Positions 9,360 to 18,999 are shown, numbered from the stretch's first letter. The stretch is 43,881 bases of DNA from a bacterium (GCA_021777495.1 JAJYDL010000003.1:1-43881); one strand, 5' to 3'. Notes: generated by a model not told the origin, from the sequence alone. Translations and numbers: made by a program.

Positions 9360-10421
9360 GTGGATACCATCGAAAGGAAAATCGGCGCGGTCGTGCAAAG
9401 GGCCATCGGGGAAAGGGTATTCCCGGGTTGTTCTCTCGCATATATAAAGGACGGCGTCCGTGCCGAGCTTCCGTTCGGCGCGCTCACGTACGATAAAGGA
9501 GCCCCTGCCGTCGCGCGGGAAACGATCTACGATGTCGCATCGGTGACGAAGGCAATTCCCACCGCGTCGCTTCTCCTTTCCTCTATAGACGAGGGAAAGG
9601 CGTCCGTCGACGACCGCGTTGCGGACCATCTCCCGGAATTCGCCCGCGGTCCCGGCAAGCACGAGGTGCGCCTGCGCCATCTCCTCACCTATACGCTCGA
9701 CCTCCGGATCGGCGCCCTCAGCGGATTCAAGGATCTTCCGCCGGAGGCGATCTTCGCTGCCATCCTTACGGCCCCCCTCGGCGCCGCGCCGGGAACGAAG
9801 TTCTCCTATGCGAACGCGACTGCGGTGATCATGGGGCTTGTTGCGGAGCGTATCGGCGGCAGGCCGCTTCCGGAGCTTGCGGAGGAGCGGTTCTTCGGGC
9901 CTCTCGGCATGGCGCGAACGGGATTCGCGCCGAAGCGGTTCGGCGCCGATGCGATCGCTCCTTCCGAGGTGGATCCGTGGCGCGGAGGGGAGGTGAGGGG
10001 CGTCGTGCACGATGAGAGCGCGCATGCCATGGCGCTTCTCCGTTCCGTCGGTTCGGCGGGATTGTTTTCGACGGCGCCCGACCTTCTTGATTTCATGGAA
10101 ATGCTCCTCGCGCGCGGCATGCGCGGAGGACGCCGCTATTTTTCGGAGGAGGCCGTCGCGGCAATGGTCACGGACCAGATCCCCGGAACGGGGGAGCATA
10201 CGGGGCTCGGATGGGAGCTCGATCAGCCCCGGTTCATGGGGAACGCGGATCCCGCCCGTACGTTCGGGAAGACGGGATTCACGGGGTGTTCGGTCGCCGC
10301 GAACCTTTCGCGCGGTTCCGCGCTCGTACTTCTTTCGAACTGCATCTATCCGCATCGGCAGGAACGTGCCGCGATCAACGGCGTGCGCGCGGCGCTTGCC
10401 GATATCGTGTTCGGGTCGTGA
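9360..10421 (+). CDS. Serine hydrolase, beta-lactamase class C/AmpC-like family
   Basis: SxxK (DVASVTK), LRHLLTY, PGTKFSYAN (YxN), GVVHDE, GKTGFTG; GTG start 5 bp after the tyrS stop. Confidence 0.88.
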   Translation: MDTIERKIGAVVQRAIGERVFPGCSLAYIKDGVRAELPFGALTYDKGAPAVARETIYDVASVTKAIPTASLLLSSIDEGKASVDDRVADHLPEFARGPGKHEVRLRHLLTYTLDLRIGALSGFKDLPPEAIFAAILTAPLGAAPGTKFSYANATAVIMGLVAERIGGRPLPELAEERFFGPLGMARTGFAPKRFGADAIAPSEVDPWRGGEVRGVVHDESAHAMALLRSVGSAGLFSTAPDLLDFMEMLLARGMRGGRRYFSEEAVAAMVTDQIPGTGEHTGLGWELDQPRFMGNADPARTFGKTGFTGCSVAANLSRGSALVLLSNCIYPHRQERAAINGVRAALADIVFGS

Positions 10422-10445
10422 TCGCTTGCCGCCGCGCGCGGCGGT

Positions 10446-12290
10446 TCACACGCGCACGGCCTTTGCCGCCCGCGACGAGCGGAGGGCGTTCAGGATGACC
10501 GAGACGTCGATCCCTTCCTGGAGGATGGCGCCCGTGACGGGCGGAATATAGCCGAGCATGGCGATTACCATGCCGAGAATGGAAAGGCCGATGCCCCATA
10601 GGATGCTTTCCTCGGCGATGTGCGTGGAGCGCTTTGCGACCGCGATCGCTTCTTCCACGAGCCCCACGTCCCTTCCGAGGATCGCGACCGCGGCCGCGTC
10701 GATCGATGCGCTGTTTTCCGTGCCGCTGAATACGACGCCGACATCGGCGAGCGCGAGCGCAGGCGCGTCGTTCAGGCCGTCGCCGACCATCATCACCGTT
10801 TCGCCGCGCTCCCGGGCCTCTTTGATGGCTGCGAATTTGTCCTCCGGGGTGCAGCGCGCGCGGATCTCGATGCCGTCGTGGCCTCCCGCTTCGTTCCGGA
10901 ACATGCGTTCCGCGTTCTCCCGCGTGTCTCCGGTGAGGATCGCGACGCGGTAGCGCGTGCGGAGCTTTTCGAGAAGGGCCATCGTGCCGGGTTTCACCAC
11001 GTCGTCGAACACGAAGCGCGCCGCGGGAATGGTGCCTTTCGTCATCTCAATCACGATGCCACCTTCGCCATCCCCGTCCGTTCCGCCGCCTTCCGTGCCG
11101 ACGGCTTTTTTGAGATGCCATACGGCCCCGTCCACCGAGCCCGCGATGCCGTCGCCCACGGTTTCCACGATGTGCGATGCTTCCGCGATGGGGGAGCCGT
11201 CCCGCGCGGTCTTCGCGCGCACGATCGCCTTTGCGAGGGGATGGAGCGAATGAAACTCGATCGCGGCGGCGACCGAGAGGATCTCGTCCTCGGAGAGCGC
11301 GGGATCGAGGACGCTGACCGTGTGGAGCACGGGTTCGCCGAGCGTGAGCGTGCCGGTCTTATCGAAGAATATCGCGTTGACCTGCGCGAGCGTTTCGAGC
11401 GCCGCGGGCCGTTTTACGATGATCGTGCGCTTCGAGGCGAGGTTGAGCCCGCCGAGGAAGCTGATCGGCGCGGCGATGAGGAGGGGACAGGGGGTGGCGA
11501 TCACGAGCACCGCGAGGAAGCGCGAGGGATCCCCGTGCGAAACGATCCATGCGGCGGCGGCGAGCACGAGCGTGATCGCGGTGAATCCGTAGTTGTATTT
11601 TTCCGCAAGCCGCACGATGCGCGCGGGATGGCGCTTTGCCTCGCGGACAAGGTCCACGATCTTCTGGTATGCGGACGTGGAGAAGGTCCCGGATACTTTG
11701 AGCTCGAATGCCCGGTCCGCGTTCACGAGGCCGCTCTTCATGAACCTTCCTTTGCGGTACGGCTGCGGTTCGAACTCGCCCGTCAGGTTCGCTTCGTTCA
11801 TGAGCGCGTCGTCCGAAAGGAGATAGCCGTCGAGCGGCACGATTTCCCCTTCGCGGACGAGGATCGTCTCGCCCTCTTTGACATCCTGGATCGCCACGGT
11901 GGTCCATCCGTTCCCGCCGCGCTTCACCTCGCACGTCTTCGGTATCCGTTCGACGAGGTGCTTGAGGGCCGCTTCCGCCTCGCGCGATCCGTAGGACTCG
12001 AGCGATTCCGAGACGAGGATCATGAGCGAGATGACTGCGCCCGCAAGGAGTTCGTTCGTGGCGAGCGCGACGACCATGGCAAGGATCGCGATATAGTCGA
12101 GCGAGAACTTCTTTGCGAACAGCTTGCGGACCGAGTCGAGGAGGAGCGTGACGAGCCCGATCGCGATCGCGGCAAGGTAGAGGACGTGGGATGCGGCGCC
12201 CGCGCTCCCCGCGGCATTGCCTTCCGCGCCCGCCACAAGGCCCGCAGCGGTGAGGATGAACGTGAGCGCGGGAAGGATGAACTCGGTCAT
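10446..12290 (-). CDS. Heavy-metal P-type ATPase (P1B, P1B-5-like)
   Basis: LTGE, TPCP in the metal-binding TM, DKTGTLT, HP motif, GDGLND, QEGID. Confidence 0.92.
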   Translation of the reverse strand: MTEFILPALTFILTAAGLVAGAEGNAAGSAGAASHVLYLAAIAIGLVTLLLDSVRKLFAKKFSLDYIAILAMVVALATNELLAGAVISLMILVSESLESYGSREAEAALKHLVERIPKTCEVKRGGNGWTTVAIQDVKEGETILVREGEIVPLDGYLLSDDALMNEANLTGEFEPQPYRKGRFMKSGLVNADRAFELKVSGTFSTSAYQKIVDLVREAKRHPARIVRLAEKYNYGFTAITLVLAAAAWIVSHGDPSRFLAVLVIATPCPLLIAAPISFLGGLNLASKRTIIVKRPAALETLAQVNAIFFDKTGTLTLGEPVLHTVSVLDPALSEDEILSVAAAIEFHSLHPLAKAIVRAKTARDGSPIAEASHIVETVGDGIAGSVDGAVWHLKKAVGTEGGGTDGDGEGGIVIEMTKGTIPAARFVFDDVVKPGTMALLEKLRTRYRVAILTGDTRENAERMFRNEAGGHDGIEIRARCTPEDKFAAIKEARERGETVMMVGDGLNDAPALALADVGVVFSGTENSASIDAAAVAILGRDVGLVEEAIAVAKRSTHIAEESILWGIGLSILGMVIAMLGYIPPVTGAILQEGIDVSVILNALRSSRAAKAVRV

Positions 12291-12300
12291 GGCGGCGGGA

Positions 12301-13047
12301 TTACTCGGTTATCCGCGCAAGGAGGTCCTCGTATTCTTTCGTCGTGATGTGCCAATCGCCCGGTTCAAGGGGCCGGTTGAGGTCGTAGAGCACAAGGAAT
12401 ACGGAGTATACGAGGCAGGCGATGCTGATTGTAAAAAGATAGGCGAGCCATTCGATGCGCACGCCGACGAACATGGCGAGGCCGATGAGCAGGAACGCCG
12501 CGAAACGGAGCGTGTGGTTCAGAAGGTCGGGGACGTGCTCGGCGCTGTAGAGGAGGCGCTTCGAACGGGCATCCATGATCCTCGAGAAGAGCGCGAAGGT
12601 GGCGGTGGCGAACTGCGGCGCGGTGGCCGCCACGTGGTAGATCGTGTCGGAAAGTTCGTCGAAGATCCGTTCGATCTCCGGGCTCCGTTCGCCGCGCTCG
12701 CTGAACCGCCAGCCTTCTTTGATGATGAGGCGGAGGTAGTCGGCGATGTTCCCGTGCACCTTTTCCTTCACCTCGGCAGGAAAATTGTTCGACCAAAGAT
12801 AGAGCTTTTCGAGGCCGTCCACTTCGCCCTTCACGGCATCGACGAGGGAGCTCCACCGGTCCCATTCCTTCTGGATGACGAATGCCGCGATGATGCTGAA
12901 AATTATGCCGATCGCGCCGAAGAGCGTCTGGACGCCGGTGAGGCTTTCCACGAGGACGCGCGTGTCGTAGAACGTGCTGTGCCGGATAAAGACGAAGATC
13001 ACCGAAAAGACGACGACGAACGGGATGAGCCTTTTGATAAGTTTCAT
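12301..13047 (-). CDS. DUF4239/bestrophin-like membrane protein
   Basis: Four hydrophobic segments; IIFSIIAAFVIQKEWDRW, RSKRL, YDLNRP; ends 10 bp upstream of the ATPase; ATG 7 nt after TATAAT. Confidence 0.7.
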   Translation of the reverse strand: MKLIKRLIPFVVVFSVIFVFIRHSTFYDTRVLVESLTGVQTLFGAIGIIFSIIAAFVIQKEWDRWSSLVDAVKGEVDGLEKLYLWSNNFPAEVKEKVHGNIADYLRLIIKEGWRFSERGERSPEIERIFDELSDTIYHVAATAPQFATATFALFSRIMDARSKRLLYSAEHVPDLLNHTLRFAAFLLIGLAMFVGVRIEWLAYLFTISIACLVYSVFLVLYDLNRPLEPGDWHITTKEYEDLLARITE

Positions 13048-13089
13048 TGGTACTATTATACTACAGTGGCCTTGCGTAACGAATGTATC

Positions 13090-14904
13090 ATGGCGAGACA
13101 ATCAGATCCACTTCCGAAGAAGAATCCCCCTGAAGCGTCCGAGGCGCCCCGTGTCCGCACGAGGGATATTTTCCGCATCTATGCGCAGGAGGTCAGGAAG
13201 CACTGGGTGCTCTTCGCGCTCGTCTTCCTCGGAGCGCTTGGCGCCCAGATCGCGGGCATCGTTTCTCCTCTCTATATGAAGACGTTGTTCAACGACGTCG
13301 CCGCCGGTTCGCGGACGCCCGAATCGTTCCACGGCCTCATTGCGCTCGTCGCCGTCATTGCGGCGCTTTCGGTGTTCGGATGGATCGCGCAGCGCGTGCA
13401 GACGTACAGCATCATCCATCTCGAATCCAGGGGAATGGCGGACCTTTCGGCATCCGCATTCGATTACCTCATCGGCCATTCATACCAGTTCTTCGTGTCG
13501 CATTTCGGCGGAACGCTCACGCGGCGGGTGAGCAAGTTCGCGGGGGCGTTCGAGACGCTCATGGACAATGTGATGCTCGCGTTCTTCCCGACGGCCGTGT
13601 TCGCCATCGGCGCGGTCTGGGTGCTCTTCCTCCGCAATCAGGTCCTCGGAATCGCGCTTGCCGCATGGATCGTCTGCTTCATCGCGTTCCAGATCTACGT
13701 GGCACGCCTCCGCCGTCCGCTCCGCGTGGCGCGTTCCGAGGCGGACAGCAAGATGGTGGGGACGCTCGCCGATGCGATCTCGAACCAGAACACGATCGCG
13801 CTCTTTTCGGGAAATGAGCACGAGGGAGGCATTTTCCGCGGCGTCATCGAGCTTTGGCGCAAAGCGACGATGCGTTCGTGGGGCGCGGACGAGATGATCT
13901 GGTCCATCCAGGGCATCCTCATCGTCGGCATCAATATCGGCCTCCTCTATGGCGCGGTCGTGTACTGGGAGCGCGGACTCATCACGATCGGCGATTTCGT
14001 GCTCATCCAGAGCTACCTCATCGGGCTTTTCGGGCAGCTCACGGGCATCAGCATGCAGTTGCGCCGGTTCCATGACGCATTCGCCGACGCGGTCGAGATG
14101 ATGGAGATCATCCAGCTGCCGCACGAGGTGCGGGACGTTCCCGGCGCTCCCGCGCTCCGCATCGGCGCCGGCGCGATCGCGTTCCGCAACGTCGATTTCT
14201 GGTTCAGCAAGGAGCGGCCCGTGCTTGCGCATTTCGATCTTTCCATCAAAGGAGGGGAGAAGCTCGCGCTTGTAGGTCCGTCGGGCGCCGGCAAGACGAC
14301 GATCACCAAGCTGCTCCTCCGCCTGTACGACATCAAAGGCGGCGCGATCGAGATCGACGGACAGGATATCGCAAAAGTCGCGCAGAACAGTCTGCGCGAT
14401 GCGATCGCGTTCGTGCCGCAGGAGCCGATCCTCTTCCATCGCTCGCTTATGGAGAACATCCGCTACGGCCGCCGCGGCGCGACGGATGAGGAAGTGATCG
14501 AGGCGGCGAAGAAGGCGCACTGCCACGAATTCATTGAACAGCTTCCTGAACGGTACGGCACGTTCGTGGGGGAGCGCGGGGTGAAGCTTTCGGGCGGCGA
14601 ACGTCAGCGCGTCGCGATCGCGCGCGCCATCCTGAAGGACGCGCCGATCCTCGTGCTCGACGAAGCGACCTCGTCACTCGATTCCGAGTCGGAGGCGCTC
14701 ATCCAGGATGCCCTTCGCACGCTCATGGAAGGGAAGACGGTGATCGTGATCGCGCACCGGCTTTCCACGATCATGAAGATGGACCGCATCATCGTCGTCG
14801 AGCATGGCACGATCGCCGCACAGGGCACGCACGAGGAGCTTCTTGCGGCGAACGGACTGTATCACAAACTTTGGAGCATCCAGGCGGGCGGATTCCGCGA
14901 CTAA
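13090..14904 (+). CDS. ABC exporter, fused permease and ATP-binding domains
   Basis: Multi-TM domain followed by GPSGAGKTT, LSGGERQR, ILVLDEATSSLD, IAHRLST. The upstream extension of the ORF is antisense to the DUF4239 gene. Confidence 0.93.
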   Translation: MARQSDPLPKKNPPEASEAPRVRTRDIFRIYAQEVRKHWVLFALVFLGALGAQIAGIVSPLYMKTLFNDVAAGSRTPESFHGLIALVAVIAALSVFGWIAQRVQTYSIIHLESRGMADLSASAFDYLIGHSYQFFVSHFGGTLTRRVSKFAGAFETLMDNVMLAFFPTAVFAIGAVWVLFLRNQVLGIALAAWIVCFIAFQIYVARLRRPLRVARSEADSKMVGTLADAISNQNTIALFSGNEHEGGIFRGVIELWRKATMRSWGADEMIWSIQGILIVGINIGLLYGAVVYWERGLITIGDFVLIQSYLIGLFGQLTGISMQLRRFHDAFADAVEMMEIIQLPHEVRDVPGAPALRIGAGAIAFRNVDFWFSKERPVLAHFDLSIKGGEKLALVGPSGAGKTTITKLLLRLYDIKGGAIEIDGQDIAKVAQNSLRDAIAFVPQEPILFHRSLMENIRYGRRGATDEEVIEAAKKAHCHEFIEQLPERYGTFVGERGVKLSGGERQRVAIARAILKDAPILVLDEATSSLDSESEALIQDALRTLMEGKTVIVIAHRLSTIMKMDRIIVVEHGTIAAQGTHEELLAANGLYHKLWSIQAGGFRD

Positions 14905-14961
14905 GGTCCGATATTCCATCCGAGATGGCGGGTTGAGTGGATTCTGTGGTAAGGTGGATAT

Positions 14962-16227
14962 ATGGAAATAGGAGATTTTTACGGTCTCGGCATTGCACCC
15001 GGTATCCTTACCGTTCTCGATAAGGCCGGGTTCAAGGTGCCGACCCCGATCCAGGCCAAGGCGATCCCCGCGGGACTCGAGGGCAAGGACGTGATGGGTC
15101 TTGCGCAGACGGGTACCGGAAAGACGCTTGCATTCGGCATTCCTATGGTGCAGGCCTGCCTTTCGGGCGCCCAGGGCCTCGTCATCCTTCCCACGCGCGA
15201 GCTGGCGCTTCAGGTGGAGGAGACCTTCATCAAAGTGGGCGGTCCCCTCGGCATCCGTACCGCGCTCCTCATCGGCGGCGCGCCGATGGGCAGGCAGCTC
15301 GAACAGCTGAGGAGAGGCCCCGCGGTTGTCATAGGGACCCCGGGCCGCATCATCGATCACCTCGAACAGAAGACGATCTCCCTCAAGAACGTGGGCATCC
15401 TCGTTCTCGATGAAGCGGACCGCATGCTCGATATGGGTTTCGCGCCCCAGCTGAAGCGCATCCTGAACGAGGTGCCTTCCGCCGACAAGCGGCAGACGAT
15501 GCTTTTTTCCGCCACGATGCCCGAGGATATCGTCGGGCTTGCGCGCTCCTATATGAAGCTTCCGCTGCGGATCGAGATCGCGCCTCCGGGCACGACGAGC
15601 GATCGGGTGACGCAGGAGCTCTTTTTCATCGCGAAAGCGGACAAGCCCCGCCTCCTCGAGCGCGTGCTCGGCGAGTACCGCGGTTCCGTGCTCGTCTTTA
15701 CGCGCACGAAGTTCGGCGCGAAAAAGGTGGCATCGCTTGCGCGGCACATCGGTCACACCGCCGCGGAGCTCCACTCCAACCGTTCGCTCAATCAGCGGCG
15801 CGAAGCGCTCGAAGGATTCAGGAACGGCAGGTACCGCGTGCTCGTGGCGACCGACATCGCGGCGCGGGGGATCGATGTGAAGGGCATCGAGCTCGTCGTC
15901 AATTACGATCTTCCCTCGAACCCCGAGGATTACGTGCACCGCATCGGCAGGACCGCGCGCGCCGGCGCCGCGGGGCACGCCATTTCTTTCGCCATGCCGG
16001 AGGAACGCCGCGACGTGCACGACATCGAACGGGTGATGCGGGTGACCCTTCCCCAATCCAAACTTCCCCAGCTTCCCCCCGTACGGCCCGAAGAGCGCGC
16101 GATGCATTCCCACATTCCTTCTCGCTCCTCGCGGGGAGGGGGATGGAATGAGCGGAGCGGAGGCGGTCGTCGTCCTCCGCAAGGCGGCGCGCGCCGTCCC
16201 CGGTCCCGCTCGTCCCGGCCGTATTGA
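14962..16227 (+). CDS. DEAD-box RNA helicase (RhlE-like)
   Basis: Q motif PTPIQ, AQTGTGKT, PTRELA, DEAD, SAT, HRIGRTARAG, basic RG-rich tail. Confidence 0.95.
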   Translation: MEIGDFYGLGIAPGILTVLDKAGFKVPTPIQAKAIPAGLEGKDVMGLAQTGTGKTLAFGIPMVQACLSGAQGLVILPTRELALQVEETFIKVGGPLGIRTALLIGGAPMGRQLEQLRRGPAVVIGTPGRIIDHLEQKTISLKNVGILVLDEADRMLDMGFAPQLKRILNEVPSADKRQTMLFSATMPEDIVGLARSYMKLPLRIEIAPPGTTSDRVTQELFFIAKADKPRLLERVLGEYRGSVLVFTRTKFGAKKVASLARHIGHTAAELHSNRSLNQRREALEGFRNGRYRVLVATDIAARGIDVKGIELVVNYDLPSNPEDYVHRIGRTARAGAAGHAISFAMPEERRDVHDIERVMRVTLPQSKLPQLPPVRPEERAMHSHIPSRSSRGGGWNERSGGGRRPPQGGARRPRSRSSRPY

Positions 16228-16268
16228 CGGCCGTTGCAAACGACGACGCCAACCCTGTCACGCATATC

Positions 16269-16748
16269 ATGACCGCCGTACATGAAGGTTCGTCCGCGCC
16301 GGAATTCTCCCTTCCCGATCAGGACGGCGCGATGCATTCCCTCGCGGAATCCCGCGGCGCCTGGGTGCTCCTCTATTTCTATCCCAAGGACGATACGCCG
16401 GGGTGCACCAAGGAGGCGTGCATGATCCGCGATTCGTTCCCCGACTTCGGGGCGATCAAGGCAACGGTGTTCGGCGTGAGCGTGGATTCCGTGGAGAGCC
16501 ATAAGAAGTTCGCGGAAAAATACGGATTGCCGTTCACGCTTCTTGCGGATACCCGAAAGGAGGCGGTGCGAGCCTACGGCGTATGGGGAAAGAAGAAGAT
16601 GATGGGGCGCGAATACGAAGGCACGCTCCGCACATCGTTCCTCATCGATCCCAAGGGCAACGTGGCGAAGGTCTATCGGAATGTGAAGCCGGAAGGCCAT
16701 GCGGCGGAGGTGCTCAAAGACCTGCGCGCGTTCCTTGCGAAAGCGTGA
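16269..16748 (+). CDS. bcp: Peroxiredoxin BCP/PrxQ
   Basis: APEFSLPDQDG, YFYPKDDTPGCTKEAC, GVSVD, RTSFLID. Confidence 0.92.
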   Translation: MTAVHEGSSAPEFSLPDQDGAMHSLAESRGAWVLLYFYPKDDTPGCTKEACMIRDSFPDFGAIKATVFGVSVDSVESHKKFAEKYGLPFTLLADTRKEAVRAYGVWGKKKMMGREYEGTLRTSFLIDPKGNVAKVYRNVKPEGHAAEVLKDLRAFLAKA

Positions 16749-16767
16749 TGGTATATACTTATCATAT

Positions 16768-17982
16768 ATGGAATCCAAGAAGCGGGTTCTTGTGGTGGGA
16801 GCGAATTTCGCGGGATCGACCGCGGCGCTCGAGATCAAGCGGATGCTCAAGGACCGCGTCGACGTAACGGTCATCGATCGGAGCGAGAATTCCCTTTATT
16901 TCCCGTCGCTCATCTGGGTGCCCATCGGCCGCCGCGAGGCGTCGCAGGTCCTCGTGCCGCGCCGGCCCGTGTTCGAAAAGTACGGCATCACGTTCGTCGT
17001 CGACGAGGCGACGTCCGTCGATCCCGATGCGCGGGAGGTTGCAACGGAGCACCATGGCACATTCCCGTACGACGAGCTCGTCATCGCGACGGGGCCGCGG
17101 GTGGACCGCGACGTTGCGCCCGGCGTGCGCGAGCATGCGTGCTATGTGGGGTCCGTCGAGGGCGCGCTCGATATCCGCGCGAAGCTCGAGGAGTTCAAGA
17201 AGAACCCCGGGCCCATCGTGATCGGCGCCACTCAGCGCGCGGGTTGCATGGGCGCGGCCTACGAGTTCCTTTTCAACGTCGAAAAATGGCTGCGCGAGGA
17301 GAAGATCCGCAAGAAGGTCGACCTTTATTGGATCACCCCCGAGAACTATCTCGGACATTTCGGCATCGACGGCATGCCTCTCGCCGAACCCTATCTTAAG
17401 GCGTTCATGAACGCCTTCCATATCCATTACCGTACGCAGGTGGGGGTGAAGGAGGTGACCGCGGACGCCGTCGTTCTCGATACCGGCGAGACGATCCCGA
17501 GCAGGTTCACGATGCTCATGGTGCCGTTCACGGGCGTCCCGTTCATCAAGAATTCGCCGAAGCTCGGCGCGAAGGAGAATCTTTTCCTCGATGTGCGTCC
17601 CGATTACCGCCTGAAGGCCTATCCGGACGTATGGGGCGCGGGCCTCGCGGTGGACGTGCCGCCGCCGTTCACGCCCGGAAGGGTGCCGTTCGGCGTGCCG
17701 AAGACGGGATATCCGAGCGATGCGACGGGGAAGGTCGTCGCGAAGAACGTCGTGCGCACGCTTACGGGACGGACCGACCTCATCGAGCGTCCCTGGGGGA
17801 AGATCCCCGCGGTCTGCATCCTCGATGCCGGAAGGAAGGAGGTCATCATATTCGGCAACAGGCTTTTCAAGCCCCGCTGGTTCGCGGTGATGATACCGAA
17901 CGTGTGCAACGACTTCGGGAAACTGCTTCTCGAGAAATATTTCCTTTGGAAGATGCGGCACGGATATTCCTTCCTGCCGTAA
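16768..17982 (+). CDS. sqr: Sulfide:quinone oxidoreductase-like FAD flavoprotein
   Basis: N-terminal FAD motif VVGANFAG, YDELVIATG, GCMGAAYE, GVPKTGY, AVCILDAG (both SQR catalytic Cys positions), C-terminal KLLLEKYFLWKMRHG. Confidence 0.78.
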   Translation: MESKKRVLVVGANFAGSTAALEIKRMLKDRVDVTVIDRSENSLYFPSLIWVPIGRREASQVLVPRRPVFEKYGITFVVDEATSVDPDAREVATEHHGTFPYDELVIATGPRVDRDVAPGVREHACYVGSVEGALDIRAKLEEFKKNPGPIVIGATQRAGCMGAAYEFLFNVEKWLREEKIRKKVDLYWITPENYLGHFGIDGMPLAEPYLKAFMNAFHIHYRTQVGVKEVTADAVVLDTGETIPSRFTMLMVPFTGVPFIKNSPKLGAKENLFLDVRPDYRLKAYPDVWGAGLAVDVPPPFTPGRVPFGVPKTGYPSDATGKVVAKNVVRTLTGRTDLIERPWGKIPAVCILDAGRKEVIIFGNRLFKPRWFAVMIPNVCNDFGKLLLEKYFLWKMRHGYSFLP

Positions 17983-18012
17983 GCGATCGTGCATTACCGA
18001 TTATCCGCGCAT

Positions 18013-18056
18013 TATACTACATACCCCCGGCATTCGCGCCGGGGGTATGTAGTATA
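18013..18056. repeat. Perfect 19-bp inverted repeat between convergent genes (probable terminator or stability hairpin)
   Basis: tatactacatacccccggc-attcgc-gccgggggtatgtagtata. Confidence 0.8.
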
Positions 18057-18075
18057 CGACCGAACCTCGATTTTC

Positions 18076-18702
18076 TCAGATACCCTCCACCTGCACGAGC
18101 ACGCCGTTCTTCATTTGGAAATATTTCGTGACGCCGAAGGAGGGGACCGCGGTCATCGGTTGCGTGGGGCTGCGGTCGGCGTAATTCACGACGATCGTCC
18201 CGCTTGCGATCTGGATGGTCTGGGGCGCGATGCGGTCGCCGAGGAGGATTCCGTTCGTTCCCCGGTATCCGTTCGCCGTCTTGAGCGCCGCGACGATGTA
18301 GAAGAACGTGCCGCTCCCGCCGCCGTTCTGGGTGACGAGGAACGCAACGTCCGGTATGCCGTCGCCGTTCAGGTCGCCCGTCGTTTCATTCCCGAAATAT
18401 TGCGTCATAATCTTGGAGGCGGATCCCGGTGCGGCGGGAGTCTCCGCAAATCCGTTCACAAGCGTGACGTCCTGGTTGTCGATGTTGTATGTCGCATTCC
18501 TATAGTCCGCGCTCAATGCCGATGGGGCCGTCGATGTGGCGGCGGCCCCGGTGCTCGAGGAAATGGCGCCAGGTCCGCTGAACGACGCGCCCGACGGCGT
18601 TGCCGTATCCGCAGGTGCCTCTGTCTTTTTGTGCAATGCCCATGCTCCGACCGCCATGATCGTAATTCCAAAAAGTGCGGACGCCCATGTCCTTATTTTC
18701 AT
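18076..18702 (-). CDS. Secreted hypothetical protein
   Basis: N-terminal TM, S/T linker, GDLNGDGIPDVAFLVTQNGGGSGTFFY and LLGDRIAPQ; ATG 7 nt after TGaTATCAT. Confidence 0.8.
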   Translation of the reverse strand: MKIRTWASALFGITIMAVGAWALHKKTEAPADTATPSGASFSGPGAISSSTGAAATSTAPSALSADYRNATYNIDNQDVTLVNGFAETPAAPGSASKIMTQYFGNETTGDLNGDGIPDVAFLVTQNGGGSGTFFYIVAALKTANGYRGTNGILLGDRIAPQTIQIASGTIVVNYADRSPTQPMTAVPSFGVTKYFQMKNGVLVQVEGI

Positions 18703-18837
18703 ATCTTTGATGATATCAATTGTCTTGTGTTCCGCCAACCGTCCTCCGATAGATATCCTTTTTGTGGATCGTTTCCGTGCGATTTACTTTTTCCCCGGGT
18801 TCTGATATGATGGGAACCATAAGAAACCATCATAATC

Positions 18838-18960
18838 ATGGCAAAACGCAAATCAGGGTGGCTCAAGAGGAGCGTTCCCCGCAGCAAGAAAACGAAGAAG
18901 CGCCTTGAGGCAAAGAAGGCGATGCTCGCAGCGAAATCGAGCACGCGCAAGAAGAAATAA
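18838..18960 (+). CDS. Small basic protein, 40 aa (not in the ORF track)
   Basis: MAKRKSGWLKRSVPRSKKTKKRLEAKKAMLAAKSSTRKKK*; fills an otherwise empty intergenic gap; followed at once by a terminator. Confidence 0.65.
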   Translation: MAKRKSGWLKRSVPRSKKTKKRLEAKKAMLAAKSSTRKKK

Positions 18961-18965
18961 TCAGC

Positions 18966-18999
18966 GTCAAAAATTCCGGCACTCGCCGGGTTTTTTGAC
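18966..18999 (+). terminator. Intrinsic terminator after the small basic ORF
   Basis: gtcaaaaattccggc-actc-gccgggttttttgac hairpin with a T6 tract. Confidence 0.75.

Noticed and set aside
9360-10421. Antibiotic-resistance beta-lactamase call
   Set aside because: No signal peptide, and the motifs are shared by esterases and peptidoglycan-recycling amidases; function cannot be assigned.
13074-13083. gcgtaacgaa identical to the ECF promoter -35 region at 41799
   Set aside because: No CGT -10 element at the 16-17 nt spacing; likely coincidence.
12217-13089. Apparent 291-aa N-terminal extension of the ABC transporter (895-aa ORF)
   Set aside because: It is the antisense of the DUF4239 gene; the real start is most likely ATG 13090.
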